Positions 7,225 through 19,567 of a stretch of DNA of 41,867 bases are shown piece after piece. The stretch spans positions 1 to 41,867 of the forward strand of contig JAFYMH010000111.1 in NCBI GenBank assembly GCA_017556685.1, given 5' to 3'. The number at the start of each line of letters is the position of its first letter. Position 1 is the first letter of the stretch. The notes beneath the pieces were generated by a model. That model worked only from the letters and a program-made list of their open reading frames with translations, made no database searches and was not told the origin of the DNA. A program made the translations under genes and the position numbers. The DNA is from Clostridia bacterium (GTDB lineage: Bacteria; Bacillota; Clostridia; Oscillospirales; CAG-272).

Positions 7225-10200
7225 ATGAAAATCATGGTCATCGGCGGCGGCGGTCGCGAGCACGCGATCATCCGCAAGCTGAAGGAAAGCCCCCTTGCCG
7301 GGGAAATCTACGCGCTTCCCGGAAACGGCGGTATCGCCTCTGACGCGGTCTGTGTCCCGATCGGTGCGAAGGAGATCGACAAGATCGTTGCCTTTGCAAA
7401 AGAAAAGGCGATCGAGTACGCCGTCGTCGCTCCCGACGATCCGCTGGTGCTCGGCGCGGTCGATGCGCTCGAGGCGGCAGGAATTCCCTGCTTTGGCCCG
7501 AACGCCGCCGCGGCACAGATCGAGGGAAGCAAGGTCTTCTCAAAGAATCTTATGAAGAAATACGGCATTCCGACCGCGGCGTTCGAGGTCTTTACCGAGC
7601 TTGACGCGGCGCTTGCCTATCTTAAGACGGCTCCGCTTCCCACCGTTATCAAGGCGGACGGCCTTGCGCTTGGCAAGGGCGTTGTGATCGCCGAGACGAG
7701 GGAGGAGGCAGAGGCTGCCGTTATCGGCATGATGCGCGACGGAATGTTCGGCAAAAGCGGAAGCCGCGTCGTCATTGAGGAGTATCTGACGGGACCCGAG
7801 GTCTCGGTCCTCTCCTTTACCGACGGCAAGACGGTCGTTCCGATGGTCTCCTCAATGGACCACAAAAGAGCCCTTGACGGCGACAAGGGGCTGAACACCG
7901 GAGGAATGGGAACGGTCGCACCGAATCCCTATTACACGGGGGAGATCGCCGAGCGCTGTATGCGCGAGATCTTCCTTCCGACGGTCGCCGCCATGCAGGC
8001 GGAGGGCGCGCCCTTCAAGGGCTGTCTCTATTTCGGACTGATGCTCACGCCAAGCGGCCCGAAGGTCATTGAGTACAACTGCCGCTTCGGCGATCCCGAA
8101 ACCCAGGTCGTCCTTCCGCTTCTCGAGTCGGATCTTCTTACGATCATGCGCGCCACCACCGACGGCACCCTTACCCCCGAGATGGTGAGATTCTCGGACG
8201 GCGCCGCCTGCTGTGTCGTTATGGCATCAAACGGATACCCCGCCGCCTACGAGAGCGGCTATCCGATCACCGTCGATGCCGATGCCAAGGGAACCGTCTA
8301 TTATGCGGGTGCAAGGCTTGACGAAAACGGCACGCTCCTATCGGCCGGCGGCCGCGTGCTCGGCGCCGTTGCCACCGCACCGACCCTCTCTGATGCGGTC
8401 AAGGATGCTTATGCCCTCTCGGACAAGATCCATTTTGCAAACGCCTACCGCAGAAGCGACATCGGTGCGCGCGCCCTTGCCGCAAAGAGCGAGGTCTACC
8501 GCATCTTCGTCGAGAAAAAGCCCGAGCTTGCAAACGAGGCAAACGCCCTTTGCTCCGATATCGTTTCCCTGCTCGGCATCAAGGGGCTGACGGGGCTTCG
8601 CATCCTCAACCGCTACGACGTAGAGGACATCTCGCGCGAGCTGTTTTTGCGCTCGGTCGATACCGTCTTCTCCGAGCCCCAGCTCGACCTCGTTTCAGAT
8701 GCGGTCGACACCGAGGGGTATACCGCATTCGCGGTCGAGTACCTGCCCGGTCAGTTCGATCAGCGAGCAGACTCCGCCGCACAGTGCATTCAGATCCTCT
8801 CCTGCGGCAACCGTCCTCTGGTCCGCGGTGCCAAGGTCTATCTCCTTAAGGGAGAGCTCTCCGAGAGCGAGATCAACCAGATCAAGAAGTACGTCATCAA
8901 CCCCGTCGAGAGCCGCGAGGCGTCGATGGAAAAGCCCGAGACCCTGGTCATGGACTACGCCGTCCCCGAGGACGTTGCCGTGCTTTCGGGCTTTTGCGAG
9001 ATGAAGGACTCCGAGCTATCTCACGAGATCGCGCGCTACGGGCTTGCGATGGACGAGGACGATCTCGCCTTCTGCCGCGATTATTTCCGCTCGGAAAAGC
9101 GCGACCCCACCATCACCGAGCTTCGCATGATCGACACCTACTGGTCGGATCATTGCCGTCATACCACCTTCCTGACCACCATCGACTCGGTCCGCTTTGA
9201 CGATCCGCTCGCCGAGCGTGCTTACGAGTCCTATCTTGAGAGCCGCCGCGCTCTCGGCCGCACCAAGCCCATCAACCTCATGGACGTGGCAACGATGGCG
9301 GTGCGTTACCTGAAGGCGACCGGCAAGCTTCCGCGCCTTGACGAGTCGGAGGAGATCAACGCCTGCACCGTCAAGATCACCGTGACGGTGGATAAAGAGG
9401 AGCAGGAGTGGCTGCTTCTCTTCAAGAACGAAACGCATAACCACCCGACCGAGATCGAGCCGTTCGGCGGTGCCGCAACCTGTATCGGCGGCGCGATCCG
9501 CGACCCGCTTTCGGGACGCTCCTACGTTTACGCCGCCATGCGCGTGACCGGCGCGGCAGATCCGCTTCGCCCGGTTTCCGAGACCCTTGCGGGTAAGCTT
9601 CCTCAGAGAAAGATCGTTACCACCGCCGCCGCAGGCTACTCGTCCTACGGCAACCAGATCGGTCTTGCAACCGGACTCGTTGACGAGATCTATCACGAGG
9701 GCTATGCCGCTAAGCGCCTTGAGATCGGCGCCGTGGTTGCCGCCGCTCCTGCCGAGAACGTTCGGCGCGAGCGCCCCGATCCCGACGACGTCGTGATCCT
9801 GCTCGGCGGACGCACAGGCCGCGACGGCTGCGGCGGCGCGACCGGCTCCTCGAAGTCGCACACCGAGGGCTCGCTCTCGTCCTGCGGCGCAGAGGTGCAG
9901 AAGGGTAACGCCCCCGAGGAGCGCAAGCTCCAGCGCCTGTTCCGCTCCCCTGAGGCATCGCGCCTGATCAAGCGCTGCAACGACTTCGGCGCAGGCGGCG
10001 TTTCGGTCGCAGTCGGCGAGCTTGCCGACGGGCTTTACATCAATCTTGACAAGGTCCCGAAGAAGTACGAGGGTCTTGACGGCACCGAGCTTGCCATCAG
10101 CGAGTCCCAGGAGCGTATGGCGGTCGTCGTCGCGCCCGAGGACGTCGCTCGCGTCACCGAGCTTGCAGACGCCGAGAACCTTGAGGCAACCGTCATCGCC

Positions 10201-12183
10201 ACCGTCACCGCCGCACCGCGACTTGTGATGCAGTGGCGCGGACGCACCATCGTCGATCTCTCGCGCGAGTTCCTGAACTCGAACGGCGCCGAAAAGCACG
10301 TCTCGGCCGAGGTTGCAAGCCCCCGTCCCATCGCAAAGGAGATCCCCCAAAGCTTCGCTCTCGGCATGAAGGAGCTTGCCTCGGACCTCAACGTCTGCTC
10401 AAAGCGCGGTCTCTCGGAGCGCTTTGACTCGACCATCGGCGCGGGAACGGTTCTGATGCCCTTCGGCGGAAAGAACCAGCTGACGCCGATCCAGGCAATG
10501 GTCCAGAAGATCTCGGTCGAAAAGGGACATACGAACGATTGCTCGGTTATGGCCTACGGCTACAACCCCTTCGTCACCGAGGCAGACCCCTTCAGAGGCG
10601 CCTACCTTGCCGTCTTCGAGTCGGTTGCAAAGCTCGTTGCGGCAGGAGCCGATCTTACCGACACCTACCTCACCTTCCAGGAATACTTTGAGAAGCCCCG
10701 CCGCGAGGCAAAGCGCTTCGGCAAGCCCCTTGCGGCTCTGCTCGGCGCCTATCGCGCACAGATGGAGCTCGGCATCGCCTCGATCGGCGGTAAGGACTCG
10801 ATGAGCGGAAGCTTTGAGAAGCTCGACGTTCCCCCGACCCTCGTTTCCTTTGCCGTCACGACGGCGAAGGTCGACGAGATCGTTTCCCCTGAGCTGAAGG
10901 GCGCAGGCCACAAGCTCGTGCTCGTCTCTCCCGAAAACGGAGAGGACGGTCTGCCGACCGCCGCCTCCTTCCGCGAAACGGCGGACAAGGTTGCCGCTCT
11001 CGTTCGCTCGGGTAAGGTCCACTCGATCTGGACGCCGACCTACGGCGGAGTTGCCGAGGGTCTGATCAAATGCACGATCGGAAACGGCGTTGGCGTTCGT
11101 CTTGCCGATGCCGTATCGCTCGATACCCTCTTTGGCTATCGCTACGCAAGCTTCGTGCTCGAGCTTGATCATGACGCCCCCATCGACGGCATCCTCCTTG
11201 GCGAAACGGTCAGCGAGGACGCGATCCTCTACAAGGGCGAGGTTCTTAAGCTCGACGAGCTGCTTTCGGTCTACGAGGGCAAGCTCGAGTCGGTCTACCC
11301 GACCCTGGCGGGCAAATCGAAGGGCGTGCTTGAGAGCCTGGCATCGAGTGCCGCACCGAGCGCCCCCGCGAAGCTCGGCATCGCACGTCCCCGCGTCCTG
11401 ATCCCCGTATTCCCCGGCACCAACTGCGAGTACGACACCGCCAAGGCGTTTGCCGATGCGGGAGCCGATCCCGAGATCTTCGTCATCAAGAACCTCACCG
11501 CAAAGGGCATCGCCGAGTCGGTCGAGGCGTTTGCAAGGAAGGTCAAGGAGTCGCAGATCGTCTTTATCCCCGGAGGATTTTCGGGAGGCGACGAGCCTGA
11601 CGGAAGCGGAAAGTTCATCACCGCCTTCTTCCGCTCGGGCGCCGTCAAGGACGAGGTCAATACGCTTCTCAAGTGCCGCGACGGACTCCTTGCAGGTATC
11701 TGCAACGGCTTCCAGGCGATCATCAAGCTCGGACTCGTTCCCTACGGCGAGATCCGCGACACCAAGGCGAGCGATCCTACCCTGACCTTCAACACCATCG
11801 GCCGCCACCAGTCGCGCATCGTGCATACCGCCGTTGCCTCGGTCAAGTCCCCCTGGCTTTCGGCATGCAAGGTCGGTGACGTTTTCAAGGTTCCGATCTC
11901 GCACGGCGAGGGACGCTTCCTTGCCGACGAGGCAACCGTACGCGCACTTGCCGCAAACGGTCAGATCGCAACCCAGTACGTTGATGTGGCAGGAAACCCC
12001 ACCGACGATATCCTCTTCAATCCGAACGGAAGCACCTTTGCGATCGAGGGCATCACCTCGCCCGACGGCCGCGTGCTCGGAAAGATGGGACACTCGGAGC
12101 GTAAGGGCTACGGGCTTTACAAGAACGTCCCCGGCGAGATCGACATGAAGCTCTTTGAGTCGGCGACCCTTTATTTCAAGTAA
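7225..12183 (+). CDS. purD/purL: fused phosphoribosylamine-glycine ligase (PurD) and single-chain phosphoribosylformylglycinamidine synthase (PurS/PurL/PurQ-type)
   Basis: ATG 7225 has AAGGAG 8 nt upstream. Residues 1 to about 421 form a full PurD (MKIMVIGGGGREHAI...YRRSDIGARALAAK). The frame then continues without a stop into an FGAM synthase (SEVYRIFVEKKPEL...WSDHCRHTTF...GICNGFQAIIKLG...SHGEGRF). This is one uninterrupted reading frame of 1652 sense codons. Confidence 0.85.
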   Translation: MKIMVIGGGGREHAIIRKLKESPLAGEIYALPGNGGIASDAVCVPIGAKEIDKIVAFAKEKAIEYAVVAPDDPLVLGAVDALEAAGIPCFGPNAAAAQIEGSKVFSKNLMKKYGIPTAAFEVFTELDAALAYLKTAPLPTVIKADGLALGKGVVIAETREEAEAAVIGMMRDGMFGKSGSRVVIEEYLTGPEVSVLSFTDGKTVVPMVSSMDHKRALDGDKGLNTGGMGTVAPNPYYTGEIAERCMREIFLPTVAAMQAEGAPFKGCLYFGLMLTPSGPKVIEYNCRFGDPETQVVLPLLESDLLTIMRATTDGTLTPEMVRFSDGAACCVVMASNGYPAAYESGYPITVDADAKGTVYYAGARLDENGTLLSAGGRVLGAVATAPTLSDAVKDAYALSDKIHFANAYRRSDIGARALAAKSEVYRIFVEKKPELANEANALCSDIVSLLGIKGLTGLRILNRYDVEDISRELFLRSVDTVFSEPQLDLVSDAVDTEGYTAFAVEYLPGQFDQRADSAAQCIQILSCGNRPLVRGAKVYLLKGELSESEINQIKKYVINPVESREASMEKPETLVMDYAVPEDVAVLSGFCEMKDSELSHEIARYGLAMDEDDLAFCRDYFRSEKRDPTITELRMIDTYWSDHCRHTTFLTTIDSVRFDDPLAERAYESYLESRRALGRTKPINLMDVATMAVRYLKATGKLPRLDESEEINACTVKITVTVDKEEQEWLLLFKNETHNHPTEIEPFGGAATCIGGAIRDPLSGRSYVYAAMRVTGAADPLRPVSETLAGKLPQRKIVTTAAAGYSSYGNQIGLATGLVDEIYHEGYAAKRLEIGAVVAAAPAENVRRERPDPDDVVILLGGRTGRDGCGGATGSSKSHTEGSLSSCGAEVQKGNAPEERKLQRLFRSPEASRLIKRCNDFGAGGVSVAVGELADGLYINLDKVPKKYEGLDGTELAISESQERMAVVVAPEDVARVTELADAENLEATVIATVTAAPRLVMQWRGRTIVDLSREFLNSNGAEKHVSAEVASPRPIAKEIPQSFALGMKELASDLNVCSKRGLSERFDSTIGAGTVLMPFGGKNQLTPIQAMVQKISVEKGHTNDCSVMAYGYNPFVTEADPFRGAYLAVFESVAKLVAAGADLTDTYLTFQEYFEKPRREAKRFGKPLAALLGAYRAQMELGIASIGGKDSMSGSFEKLDVPPTLVSFAVTTAKVDEIVSPELKGAGHKLVLVSPENGEDGLPTAASFRETADKVAALVRSGKVHSIWTPTYGGVAEGLIKCTIGNGVGVRLADAVSLDTLFGYRYASFVLELDHDAPIDGILLGETVSEDAILYKGEVLKLDELLSVYEGKLESVYPTLAGKSKGVLESLASSAAPSAPAKLGIARPRVLIPVFPGTNCEYDTAKAFADAGADPEIFVIKNLTAKGIAESVEAFARKVKESQIVFIPGGFSGGDEPDGSGKFITAFFRSGAVKDEVNTLLKCRDGLLAGICNGFQAIIKLGLVPYGEIRDTKASDPTLTFNTIGRHQSRIVHTAVASVKSPWLSACKVGDVFKVPISHGEGRFLADEATVRALAANGQIATQYVDVAGNPTDDILFNPNGSTFAIEGITSPDGRVLGKMGHSERKGYGLYKNVPGEIDMKLFESATLYFK

Positions 12184-12197
12184 TTTCAAATACCAAA

Positions 12198-12242
12198 GGC
12201 GCCCGAGAGGTGTTATTCTCCTCTCGGGCGCCGTTTCTTTTT
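12198..12242 (+). terminator. intrinsic terminator after purD/purL
   Basis: 13-bp perfect stem GGCGCCCGAGAGG / CCTCTCGGGCGCC (12198-12210 / 12220-12232), 9-nt loop, then GTTTCTTTTT. Confidence 0.8.
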
Positions 12243-12266
12243 GCACAAGGGAGCCTTAGAAAAAAC

Positions 12267-12310
12267 AGGTGCTACGCCTACGCGCAGCACCTATTTCTTT
12301 GTTTTTCTTT
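12267..12310 (+). terminator. second, weaker terminator-like hairpin
   Basis: AGGTGCT / AGCACCT 7-bp stem (12267-12273 / 12286-12292) followed by ATTTCTTTGTTTTTCTTT. Confidence 0.45.
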
Positions 12311-12313
12311 CTG

Positions 12314-12469
12314 TCGATATGTGAGCTTCGCCCACTCGATATGTTCTCGCTTTGCTCGAACTCGATATATTGTCGCTTCGCGCCAATTCGATATGAGATA
12401 AATCCCTCGTTTGCGGAGCAAACATATCGAGTGCGTCAGCACATATCGAACGCCACCGGCGTATATCGA
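12314..12469. repeat. array of seven TCGATAT / ATATCGA motifs (4 direct, then 3 inverted)
   Basis: TCGATAT at 12314, 12336, 12362 and 12388. ATATCGA at 12424, 12443 and 12463. The flanks are also related (for example CCCACTCGATATG versus CATATCGAGTGCG). Lies in non-coding DNA between convergent genes. Confidence 0.75.
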
Positions 12470-12495
12470 AAATCCCGTTAGGGATTTATCTCGAT

Positions 12496-12523
12496 GCGTG
12501 ATGCTCCGCTCGGAGCATCACGC
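12496..12523. other. 12-bp perfect GC-rich hairpin, possible terminator or stabiliser for the minus-strand membrane-protein gene
   Basis: GCGTGATGCTCC-GCTC-GGAGCATCACGC, 16 nt downstream of the stop at 12540-12542. No clear U-tract on either strand. Confidence 0.35.
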
Positions 12524-12539
12524 ATAGCAGCCCCTTGCT

Positions 12540-13820
12540 TTAAGCGAGACGGACGGCACGGCCACCCGCCAGGGTCAGCATCTTGACGGCGGTCGGCGCA
12601 AAATCGGCAGCCTCAACCATCAAAGGCTTATCGACGGTTCCGTGCGGTACGACCATGATGGCGCTCGCATCCTCGGGAACGAGGCCGAGACGGCGCAGGA
12701 TCTTGACGTTGATATAGGAATAGGGCTTGAAGCTTGCCGCGAGACAGTCAACGCCGATCTTGATGATCGGGCCGCTCTGCGCGCCCGCATAGACGACCGA
12801 GGTCAGCTCCTCGGCGAGCTCATCGCTCATGGAAGCGGCGGCAACAGACGCCTCGACGCCCTCGGCAAGTGCAAAGCCGTCACGCGTCGGGCTCGTGAAA
12901 TCAACGATATCGAAGATCGCGCTCGGGATCGGCATGAAGATCGGCGTCTCAAGGATCGGATAATCGTCAAGAGAAGTCTCAAGCTCGACGATCTCCTCCT
13001 CGGGGGCGGGAGTCTCTGCGATCTCCTCGGCGGCAGGCTCGACGTCGGCGCACCCCTCAAGCACGGGAGCCTCATCGGCGGGCGCCTCGGTCTCGGTCTC
13101 AGGCTCGGTCGCGGCCTCGGCCTCGGTCGCAGTCTCACTCTCAATATCCAAAGCGGCATCCGCTTCAGCTGTGGCGATGGCAAGGGCGGCCGCGCGGCGG
13201 CGCGCACGTCTTTTCGAGGAGCGGATCACGATCGCCGAAAGAACGATGATCAGGACGAGAGCTGCGAGGAAAATGAGCGGCAAAAGCCAGATTAGCTCGC
13301 CGTTCACAAGGATCGGCGCCTTTGCGGCAAGCTCGTAGAGCGAGCTCATAAAAATCGCCATATTCACGTGGAAGGCAAGGCAAATATCCTCAAAGTTAAA
13401 GGAGATACCGGCTTTAACCGCCTCGATGATCTGACGCACGAGAATCGACAGGAAGGAGACTCCAAAGATCACGGCGCACCACAGCACTACCCTTGCAAGG
13501 GCGCGGAAAAAGCATTTCTTAAAGAGCGAGATCACGAGCAGAACGAAAACGACGGCGATGACAAGGAGAACGGCTCCAAGGATCGCATAGTGGATCGCGG
13601 GCTCTGCGATATCCGCAAGCTCCGGCACCACGCCGTACACGTATGTAAAGACAGGGGCAAAGTTCTCGGCAAACCACTCGTACGCGTCACCCGCGAGCCC
13701 GAGGATGCCCTTCTGCGAGCCGCCGTCCGTCCCCTCTGCCAGAGCAGAAATGCCAAAGCAGGATGCCATAAGGCAAACGAGAACGAGAAGCATCGACAGC
13801 TTAGCGAGATTCTTCTTCAT
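12540..13820 (-). CDS. multi-pass membrane protein with an acidic linker and a C-terminal uL15-like domain (function unknown)
   Basis: ATG 13820 has GGAGG 7 nt upstream. Order of parts: N-terminal signal sequence (MKKNLAKLSMLLVLVCLMASCFGISALA), about three hydrophobic helices, an RSSKRRARRRAA stop-transfer segment, a Glu/Thr/Ala/Pro-rich linker, then ...INVKILRRLGLVPEDASAIMVVPHGTVDKPLMVEAADFAPTAVKMLTLAGGRAVRLA. That last stretch resembles the C-terminal half of ribosomal protein uL15. Confidence 0.8.
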   Translation of the reverse strand: MKKNLAKLSMLLVLVCLMASCFGISALAEGTDGGSQKGILGLAGDAYEWFAENFAPVFTYVYGVVPELADIAEPAIHYAILGAVLLVIAVVFVLLVISLFKKCFFRALARVVLWCAVIFGVSFLSILVRQIIEAVKAGISFNFEDICLAFHVNMAIFMSSLYELAAKAPILVNGELIWLLPLIFLAALVLIIVLSAIVIRSSKRRARRRAAALAIATAEADAALDIESETATEAEAATEPETETEAPADEAPVLEGCADVEPAAEEIAETPAPEEEIVELETSLDDYPILETPIFMPIPSAIFDIVDFTSPTRDGFALAEGVEASVAAASMSDELAEELTSVVYAGAQSGPIIKIGVDCLAASFKPYSYINVKILRRLGLVPEDASAIMVVPHGTVDKPLMVEAADFAPTAVKMLTLAGGRAVRLA

Positions 13821-13869
13821 CACGAAACCTCCAAAGCGGCGCCTTGCCGCTATATTTTTTTATAAGAAT

Positions 13870-13898
13870 AGTATAGCATAGGTAGCTGTAAAAATCAA
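13870..13898 (-). promoter_or_regulatory. putative sigmaA promoter of the membrane-protein gene
   Basis: Minus strand reads TTGATT (13898-13893), 17 nt, TATACT (13875-13870). Confidence 0.5.
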
Positions 13899-13932
13899 CC
13901 TATTTCCCCGAGAATTTCTCGCGCGACAGAAG

Positions 13933-13967
13933 AAAAAAGCCGATCTGCCACAAGGCGTGGCAGATCG
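13933..13967 (-). terminator. intrinsic terminator of the atp operon
   Basis: Minus strand has CGATCTGCCAC / GTGGCAGATCG, an 11-bp stem (13941-13967), followed by GC TTTTTT (13938-13933). It starts 8 nt after the atpC stop. Confidence 0.8.
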
Positions 13968-13974
13968 ACAAATT

Positions 13975-14232
13975 TCATTTCCATGAAAAATCGGTGGAAA
14001 GAAGACGGACCGATTCGGGGGTGACCGTTAAGAAACCGCCCGATAGCTCGGCGCGTCGGATCTTTCCGTCAACATACACGCGGCATTCTCCCTTGGCAAG
14101 CGCCGTTACGAGGGGGATATGCCCGCAAAGGATCGAAAGCTCTCCGTCGATCGAGCGAACCGAGAGCTGCTCGGCGTCGCCCGAAAAACGCATCCCATCG
14201 GGAGAGGCGATCTCAAGATGAAACGGTCTCAT
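13975..14232 (-). CDS. atpC: F1 ATP synthase epsilon subunit, short form (beta-sandwich domain only)
   Basis: MRPFHLEIASPDGMRFSGDAEQLSVRSIDGELSILCGHIPLVTALAKGECRVY... Last gene of the atp operon. 85 aa. Confidence 0.85.
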   Translation of the reverse strand: MRPFHLEIASPDGMRFSGDAEQLSVRSIDGELSILCGHIPLVTALAKGECRVYVDGKIRRAELSGGFLTVTPESVRLLSTDFSWK

Positions 14233-14250
14233 GGTAAGCCTCCTTTTGTC

Positions 14251-16499
<2,249 letters not shown>

Positions 16500-16526
16500 T
16501 GCCTCTCTCCTTTCGCTTTTTCGCTT

Positions 16527-18044
<1,518 letters not shown>

Positions 18045-18068
18045 GATCTCATCCCCTTTCTGTTTTTG

Positions 18069-18605
18069 TCAGAGCGTCAGCTCGGAAAGCGAGGCGCGAA
18101 TGCCGTCAAGCCCTCGGCGCAGAGTTCTGTCGTACAGAACGCCGTCGATCTCAACGCGAACGCCGCCCACAAGCTCCGGGCAGACCTCAAATTCGGGGGA
18201 GATCCTCTTCCCCGTATGCGCGGCGAGAGCCGAAACAAGCCTTTGCGCCTCATTTTCGGACAGGGGCGCGGCGCTTGCAATATGCGCAACGGCAATACCG
18301 CTTTTCTCAAAGTACAGTCTTTTGTATTCGCAAAGCGCGTCGCAAAGCTCGTGCCCATAGCCGAGCGATACCATCATCCTGAGAAAATTCAGAAGATAGG
18401 GATGCGCCCCCGAAAACGCCTCGGCAACCGCCCCCTCGCGCTCGTTTTCCCGAAGCTCGGGAGAGGTGAGCAGGCGGATATAGAGGGGGTTTTCAGTTAG
18501 AACCCCTCGCGCCGTCTCGGTCTCGGCAAAAAGCTCCTCGCAAAGCCCCTCGTCACAGGCAAGCTCAAAGAGTGCCTTGCCGTATTCTCTTGAAACGTCA
18601 TTCAT
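18069..18605 (-). CDS. atpH: F1 ATP synthase delta (OSCP) subunit
   Basis: MNDVSREYGKALFELA... in the conserved operon position. ATG 18605 overlaps the atpF stop by 8 nt. The track ORF start at 18665 is unsupported. Confidence 0.88.
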   Translation of the reverse strand: MNDVSREYGKALFELACDEGLCEELFAETETARGVLTENPLYIRLLTSPELRENEREGAVAEAFSGAHPYLLNFLRMMVSLGYGHELCDALCEYKRLYFEKSGIAVAHIASAAPLSENEAQRLVSALAAHTGKRISPEFEVCPELVGGVRVEIDGVLYDRTLRRGLDGIRASLSELTL

Positions 18606-19134
18606 CGGGCATACCCTCAAGCTCGCCGATAAAGCGCTCGACAAGCTCGGCATGATCCTCGGCACGGATCTCTCTTTCTACGATCTGCTCTGCGATCGCA
18701 AGAGACAGCTCGGAGATCTCGCCCTTGATCTCACCGAGCGCCTTCTTCTTCTCCTGTGCGATCTCCCGCTCGGCGCGGCGAAGAAGCACCTCTGCCTCTC
18801 CCCTTGCCTCGGTGACGATCTCCTCGCTCCGCTCGCTTGCCTTTGCCTCGGCGCGGCGAAGAAGCTCCTCGGCCTCAGCGTCAGCCTCGGCTAAACGCGC
18901 ACCGTACTCGTCTCTCGCGCGCTCTGCCTCATCCTTTGCCTTCTCGGCGTCGGTGTAAAGCCCCTTCAGCTCCTCGTCGCGCTTTGCAAGGATCCTTTGT
19001 ACGGGTCGGAACAAAAAATGCTTTAAGATCAGAAACAGGATCAGAAGATTCGCAAGCGAGATCAGCATTTGCCAGAAATTGACAGAGATCACGTCAAGAT
19101 ATTTGACGCTCGTCTCAAGCAGCATGGCTGTCAT
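18598..19134 (-). CDS. atpF: Fo ATP synthase b subunit
   Basis: One N-terminal TM helix followed by a long charged coiled coil (EELKGLYTDAEKAKDEAERARDEY...). Operon position supports the call. Confidence 0.9.
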   Translation of the reverse strand: MTAMLLETSVKYLDVISVNFWQMLISLANLLILFLILKHFLFRPVQRILAKRDEELKGLYTDAEKAKDEAERARDEYGARLAEADAEAEELLRRAEAKASERSEEIVTEARGEAEVLLRRAEREIAQEKKKALGEIKGEISELSLAIAEQIVEREIRAEDHAELVERFIGELEGMPDE

Positions 19135-19213
19135 GTCACGTTCCTTCTTTCTCCGCCGCAGAAATCGCTCGTCCCGTCAGCGACGGCTTTACGGGACGGG
19201 GACGTGCGGAGAG

Positions 19214-19567
<354 letters not shown>

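Noticed and set aside
9016-12246. Two long minus-strand ORFs (444 aa and 615 aa) inside the purD/purL region
   Set aside because: They are antisense to a gene with unambiguous FGAM-synthase motifs. Composition is low-complexity Gly/Arg/Ala/Leu. The 615-aa ORF would also run through the terminator at 12198-12242.
12314-12469. Possibility that the motif array is a CRISPR array
   Set aside because: The conserved core is only 7-8 bp with a 19-26 bp period. The copies switch orientation mid-array. There are no 25-40 bp repeats or unique spacers, and no cas genes or leader in the window.
12269-12481. 70-aa ORF (and the 63-aa ORF at 12210-12401) in the repeat region
   Set aside because: The quasi-periodic peptide (RPLDMF / SNSIYC / APIRYE) simply mirrors the TCGATAT DNA repeats. 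There is no SD, and the ORFs lie directly after terminators. I treat the region as non-coding repeat DNA.
12990-13150. Apparent GAG/ACC/GCC-type tandem DNA repeats inside the membrane-protein gene
   Set aside because: The repeats are in frame and encode the acidic Glu/Thr/Ala/Pro linker. This is coding low-complexity sequence, not an independent repeat element.
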